Made by a program: the position numbers and the translations under genes. Source: Eledone cirrhosa (Eukaryota). Taken from it: a stretch of 33,000 bases of DNA. The stretch lies in assembly GCA_964016885.1 (NCBI GenBank), contig CAXHJY010000712.1, forward strand, positions 1 to 33,000, given 5' to 3'. The notes under the pieces are model-generated. The model was not told the origin of the DNA. It ran no database searches and was given only the letters and a program-made list of their open reading frames with translations. Every line of letters begins with the position of its first letter. Position 1 is the stretch's first letter. Below, piece after piece: positions 28,501-33,000 of this stretch.

Positions 28501-30015
28501 AAGCTATCTTTCTCTAACTTGTCTTCCCTCAAAACGTCGTTCTTCACCAAGCTATCTTTCTCTACCTTGTCTTCCCCCAAAACTTCGTTCTTCACCAAGC
28601 TATCTTTCTCTACCTTGTCTTCCCCCAAAACTTCGTTCTTCGCAAGCTATCTTTCTCTACCTTGTCTTCCCCCAAAACTTCGTTCTTCAGCAAGCTATCT
28701 TTCTCTACCTTGTCTTCCCACAAAACGTCGTTCTTCACCAAGCTATCTTTCTCTACCTTGTCTTCCCTCAAAACGTCGTGCTTCACCAAGCTATCTTTCT
28801 CTACCTTGTCTTCCCTCAAAACATCGTTCTTCACCAAGCTATCTTTCTCTACCTTGTCTTCTCCCAAAACTTCGTTATTCACCAAGCTATCTTTCTCTAC
28901 CTTGTCTTCCATCAAAACTTCGTTCTTCACCAAGCTATCTTTCACTACCTTGTCTTCCCCCAAAACTTCGTTCTTCACCAAGCTATCTTTCTCTACCTTG
29001 TCTTCCCCCAAAACTTCGTTCTTCACCAAGCTATCTTTCTCTACCTTGTCTTCCCTCAAAACTTCGTTCTTCACCAAGCTATCTTTCTCTACCTTGTCTT
29101 CCCCCAAAACTTCGTTCTTCACCAAGCTATCTTTCTCTACCTTGTCTTCTCCCAAAACTTCGTTATTCACCAAGCTATCTTTCTCTACCTTGTCTTCCAT
29201 CAAAACTTCGTTCTTCACCAAGCTATCTTTCTCTACCTTGCCTTCCCCCAAAACTTCGTTCTTCACCAAGTCATCTTTCTCTACCTTGTCATCCCTCAAA
29301 ACTTTGTTCTTCACCAATCTATCTTTCTCTACCTTGTCTTCCCCCAAAACTTCGTTCTTCACCAAGCTATCTTTCTCTAGCTTGTCTTCACACAAAACTT
29401 CGTTCTTCACCAAGCTATCTTTCTCTACCTTGTCTTCCCACAAAACGTCATTCTTCACCAAGCTATCTTTCTCTACCTTGTCTTCCGTCAAAACTTCGTT
29501 CTTCACCAAGATATCTTTCTCTACCTTGTCTCCTCCCAAAACTTCGTTCTTCACCAAGCTATCTTTCTCTACCTTGTCTTCCCTCAGAACTTCGTTCTTC
29601 ACCAAGCTATCTTTCTCTACCTTGTCTTCCCCCAAAACTTCGTTCTTCACCAAGCTATCTTTCTCTACATTGTCTTCCCCAAAACTTCGTTCTTCACCAA
29701 GCTATCTTTCACGACCTTGTCTTCCCTCAAAACGTCGTTCTTCACCAAGCTATCTTTCTCTACCTTGTCTTCCCCCAAACTTCGTTCTTCACCAAGCTAT
29801 CTTTCTCTACCTTGTCTTCCCCCAAAACTTCGTTCTTCACCAAGCTATCTTTCTCTACCTCGTCTTCCCTCAAAACTTTGTTCTTCACCAAGCTATCTTT
29901 CTCTACCTTGTCTTCCCCCAAAACTTCGTTCTTCACCAAGCTATCTTTCTCTACATTGTCTTCCCCAAAACTTCGTTCTTCACCAAGCTATCTTTCACGA
30001 CCTTGTCTTCCCTCA
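24550..30015. repeat. Tandem duplication of a 2731-bp unit (57 monomers)
   Basis: ORF pairs 25208/27939, 25879/28610 and 26047/28778 have identical translations. The cccta variant sits at 24600/27331, and 57x48-5=2731. Confidence 0.9.
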
Positions 30016-33000
30016 AAACGTCGTTCTTCACCAAGCTATCTTTCTCTACCTTGTCTTCCCCCAAACTTCGTTCTTCACCAAGCTATCTTTCTCTACCTTG
30101 TCTTCCCCCAAAACTTCGTTCTTCACCAAGCTATCTTTCTCTACCTCGTCTTCCCTCAAAACTTTGTTCTTCACCAAGCTATCTTTCTCTACCTTGTCTT
30201 CCCCCAAAACTTCGTTCTTCACCAAGCTATCTTTCTCTACCTTGTCTTCCCTCAAAACGTCGTTCTTCACCAAGCTATCTTTCTCTACCTTGTCTTCCCC
30301 CAAAACTTCGTTCTTCACCAAGCTATCTTTCTCTACCTTGTCTTCCCCCAAAACTTCGTTCTTCACCAAGCTATCTTTCTCTACCTCGTCTTCCCTCAAA
30401 ACTTCGTTCTTCACCAAGCTATCTTTCTCTACCTTGTCTTCCCCCAAAACTTCGTTCTTCACCAAGTCATCTTTCTCTACCTTGTCTTCCCACAAAACGT
30501 CATTCTTCACCAAGCTATCTTTCTCTACCTTGTCTTCCCCCAAACTTCGTTCTTCACCAAGCTATCTTTCTCTACCTTGTCTTCCCCCAAAACTTCGTTC
30601 TTCACCAAGCTATCTTTCTCTACCTCGTCTTCCCTCAAAACTTTGTTCTTCACCAAGCTATCTTTCTCTACCTCGTCTTCCCTCAAAACTTCGTTCTTCA
30701 CCAAGCTATCTTTCTCTACCTTGTCTTCCCCTAAAACTTCGTTCTTCACCAAGCTATCTTTCTCTACCTTGTCTTCCCCCAAAACTTCGTACTTCACCAA
30801 GCTATCTTTCTCTACCTTGTCTTCCCCCAAAACTTCGTTCTTCACCAAGCTATCTTTCTCTACCTTGTCTTCCCTCAAAACGTCGTTCTTCACCAAGCTA
30901 TCTTTCTCTACCTTGTCTTCCCCCAAAACTTCGTTCTTCACCAAGCTATCTTTCTCTACCTCGTCTTCCATCAAAACTTCGTTCTTCACCAAGCTATCTT
31001 TCTCTACCTTGTCTTCCCACAAAACGTCATTCTCCACCAAGCTATCTTTCTCTAACTTGTCTTCCCTCAAAACGTCGTTCTTCACCAAGCTATCTTTCTC
31101 TACCTTGTCTTCCCCCAAAACTTCGTTCTTCACCAAGTTATCTTTCTCTACCTTGTCTTCCCCCAAAACTTCGTTCTTCGCAAGCTATCTTTCTCTACCT
31201 TGTCTTCCCCCAAAACTTCGTTCTTCAGCAAGCTATCTTTCTCTACCTTGTCTTCCCACAAAACGTCGTTCTTCACCAAGCTATCTTTCTCTACCTTGTC
31301 TTCCCTCAAAACGTCGTTCTTCACCAAGCTATCTTTCTCTACCTTGTCTTCCCTCAAAACATCGTTCTTCACCAAGCTATCTTTCTCTACCTTGTCTTCT
31401 CCCAAAACTTCGTTATTCACCAAGCTATCTTTCTCTACCTTGTCTTCCCTCAAAACTTCGTTCTTCACCAAGCTATCTTTCTCTACCTTGTCTTCCCCCA
31501 AAACTTCGTTCTTCACCAAGCTATCTTTCTCTACCTCGTCTTCACTCAAAACTTTGTTCTTCACCAAGCTATCTTTCTCTACCTTGTCTTCCCCCAAAAC
31601 TTCGTTCTTCACCAAGCTATCTTTCTCTACCTTGTCTTCCCCCAAAACTTCGTTCTTCACCAAGCTATCTTTCTCTACCTTGTCTTCCCTCAAAACGTCG
31701 TTCTTCACCAAGCTATCTTTCTCTACCTTGTCTTCCCCCAAAACTTCGTTCTTCACCAAGCTATCTTTCTCTACCTTGTCTTCCCCCAAAACTTCGTTCT
31801 TCACCAAGCTATCTTTCTCTACCTCGTCTTCCCTCAAAACTTCGTTCTTCACCAAGCTATCTTTCTCTACCTTGTCTTCCCCCAAAATTCGTTCTTCACC
31901 AAGTCATCTTTCTCTACCTTGTCTCCCACAAAACGTCATTCTTCACCAAGCTATCTTTCTCTACCTTGTCTTCCCCCAAACTTCGTTCTTCACCAAGCTA
32001 TCTTTCTCTACCTTGTCTTCCCCCAAAACTTCGTTCTTCACCAAGCTATCTTTCTCTACCTCGTCTTCCCTCAAAACTTTGTTCTTCACCAAGCTATCTT
32101 TCTCTACCTCGTCTTCCCTCAAAACTTCGTTCTTCACCAAGCTATCTTTCTCTACCTTGTCTTCCCCTAAAACTTCGTTCTTCACCAAGCTATCTTTCTC
32201 TACCTTGTCTTCCCCCAAAACTTCGTTCTTCACCAAGCTATCTTTCTCTACCTTGTCTTCCCCCAAAACTTCGTTCTTCACCAAGCTATCTTTCTCTACC
32301 TCGTCTTCCCTCAAAACTTCGTTCTTCACCAAGCTATCTTTCTCTACCTTGTCTTCCCACAAAACGTCATTCTTCACCAAGCTATCTTTCTCTAACTTGT
32401 CTTCCCTCAAAACGTCGTTCTTCACCAAGCTATCTTTCTCTACCTTGTCTTCCCCCAAAACTTCGTTCTTCACCAAGCTATCTTTCTCTACCTTGTCTTC
32501 CCCCAAAACTTCGTTCTTCGCAAGCTATCTTTCTCTACCTTGTCTTCCCCCAAAACTTCGTTCTTCAGCAAGCTATCTTTCTCTACCTTGTCTTCCCACA
32601 AAACGTCGTTCTTCACCAAGCTATCTTTCTCTACCTTGTCTTCCCTCAAAACGTCGTTCTTCACCAAGCTATCTTTCTCTACCTTGTCTTCCCTCAAAAC
32701 ATCGTTCTTCACCAAGCTATCTTTCTCTACCTTGTCTTCTCCCAAAACTTCGTTATTCACCAAGCTATCTTTCTCTACCTTGTCTTCCCTCAAAACTTCG
32801 TTCTTCACCAAGCTATCTTCCTCTACCTTGTCTTCCCCCAAAACGTCGTTCTTCACCAAGCTATCTTTCTCTACCTTGTCTTCCCCCAAAACTTCGTTCT
32901 TCACCAAGCTATCTTTCTCTAGCTTGTCTTCACACAAAACTTCGTTCTTCACCAAGCTATCTTTCTCTACCTTGTCTTCCCACAAAACGTCATTCTTCAC

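Larger units (their letters stand above)
1..33000. repeat. 48-bp tandem repeat (satellite-like) array, about 689 monomers in one orientation, extending beyond both window edges
   Basis: The consensus CTCTACCTTGTCTTCCCCCAAAACTTCGTTCTTCACCAAGCTATCTTT recurs every 48 nt (47 nt in about 60 monomers, 49 nt in one) from first base to last. Every ORF translation shows 16-aa periodicity. Confidence 0.99.
1..33000 (-). other. Fragmented protein-like reading register (KDSLVKNEVLGEDKVE)n; not an intact CDS, coding status unproven
   Basis: The - strand ORFs of 69-373 aa tile most of the window in one repeat register and almost all end just after a 1-nt indel (GKTM* or WGKTR*). In-register stops were seen only near 15110 and 20847. 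There is no authentic start, unique domain or flanking sequence. Confidence 0.2.

Noticed and set aside
8-32922. Very long + strand ORFs (up to 1669 aa; S/F/T/K-, S/P/L- and F/L/V/Q-rich)
   Set aside because: The consensus has no stop codon in any + frame, so all three frames are open by composition. The ORFs overlap, switch peptide register at every indel, and begin at TTG/GTG codons inside the repeat.
339-33000. Individual - strand ORFs as a tandem multigene family
   Set aside because: Their boundaries are set by 1-nt indels, their starts are internal TTG/GTG codons, and there is no intergenic or unique sequence.
1-33000. CRISPR array or other repeat-spacer system
   Set aside because: There are no unique spacers, leader or cas genes. 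The whole 48-nt unit is repeated.
1-33000. Splice donor-like AAG/GTAGAG in each - strand monomer that might splice out frameshifts
   Set aside because: The match is weak, the purine-rich strand has no polypyrimidine tract or credible acceptor, and the motif is not specific to frameshifted monomers.
1-33000. Nucleosome phasing (3x48=144, 4x48=192 bp)
   Set aside because: I saw no 3- or 4-monomer periodicity among variants, so this is a numerical coincidence without MNase data.
1-33000. Telomeric repeat, transposon termini, tRNA/rRNA or hairpin terminators
   Set aside because: There is no short telomere motif, inverted repeat or target-site duplication. The G-poor strand has little pairing potential, with only short palindromes such as AGCT.
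1-33000. Assignment to a named satellite family or organism
   Set aside because: I do not recognise the monomer. A blastn, Dfam or Repbase search is needed.

Overview
The whole 33 kb window is one uninterrupted head-to-tail tandem array of a 48-bp monomer, about 689 copies. The + strand consensus is CTCTACCTTGTCTTCCCCCAAAACTTCGTTCTTCACCAAGCTATCTTT (C18 T18 A9 G3, 75% pyrimidine, about 44% GC). I saw no unique sequence, inversion, inserted element, RNA gene or conventional gene, and the array runs off both window edges. Monomers usually differ from consensus by 0-3 nt. Recurrent variants reveal a nested, irregular higher-order structure with block duplications at offsets of 286, 1343, 1964, 2731, 2971, 3834, 4502 and 4505 bp. 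The long + strand ORFs are artefacts of a stop-free repeat. One - strand frame reads as a charged 16-aa repeat (KDSLVKNEVLGEDKVE) with only two in-register stops seen, but about 60 one-base deletions copied along with the blocks break it up. The best interpretation is a recently amplified satellite array, probably eukaryotic and possibly derived from a coding repeat. I cannot identify the organism or satellite family, and the sequence alone does not support a new multi-gene system. All counts and boundaries were read by eye and are approximate.
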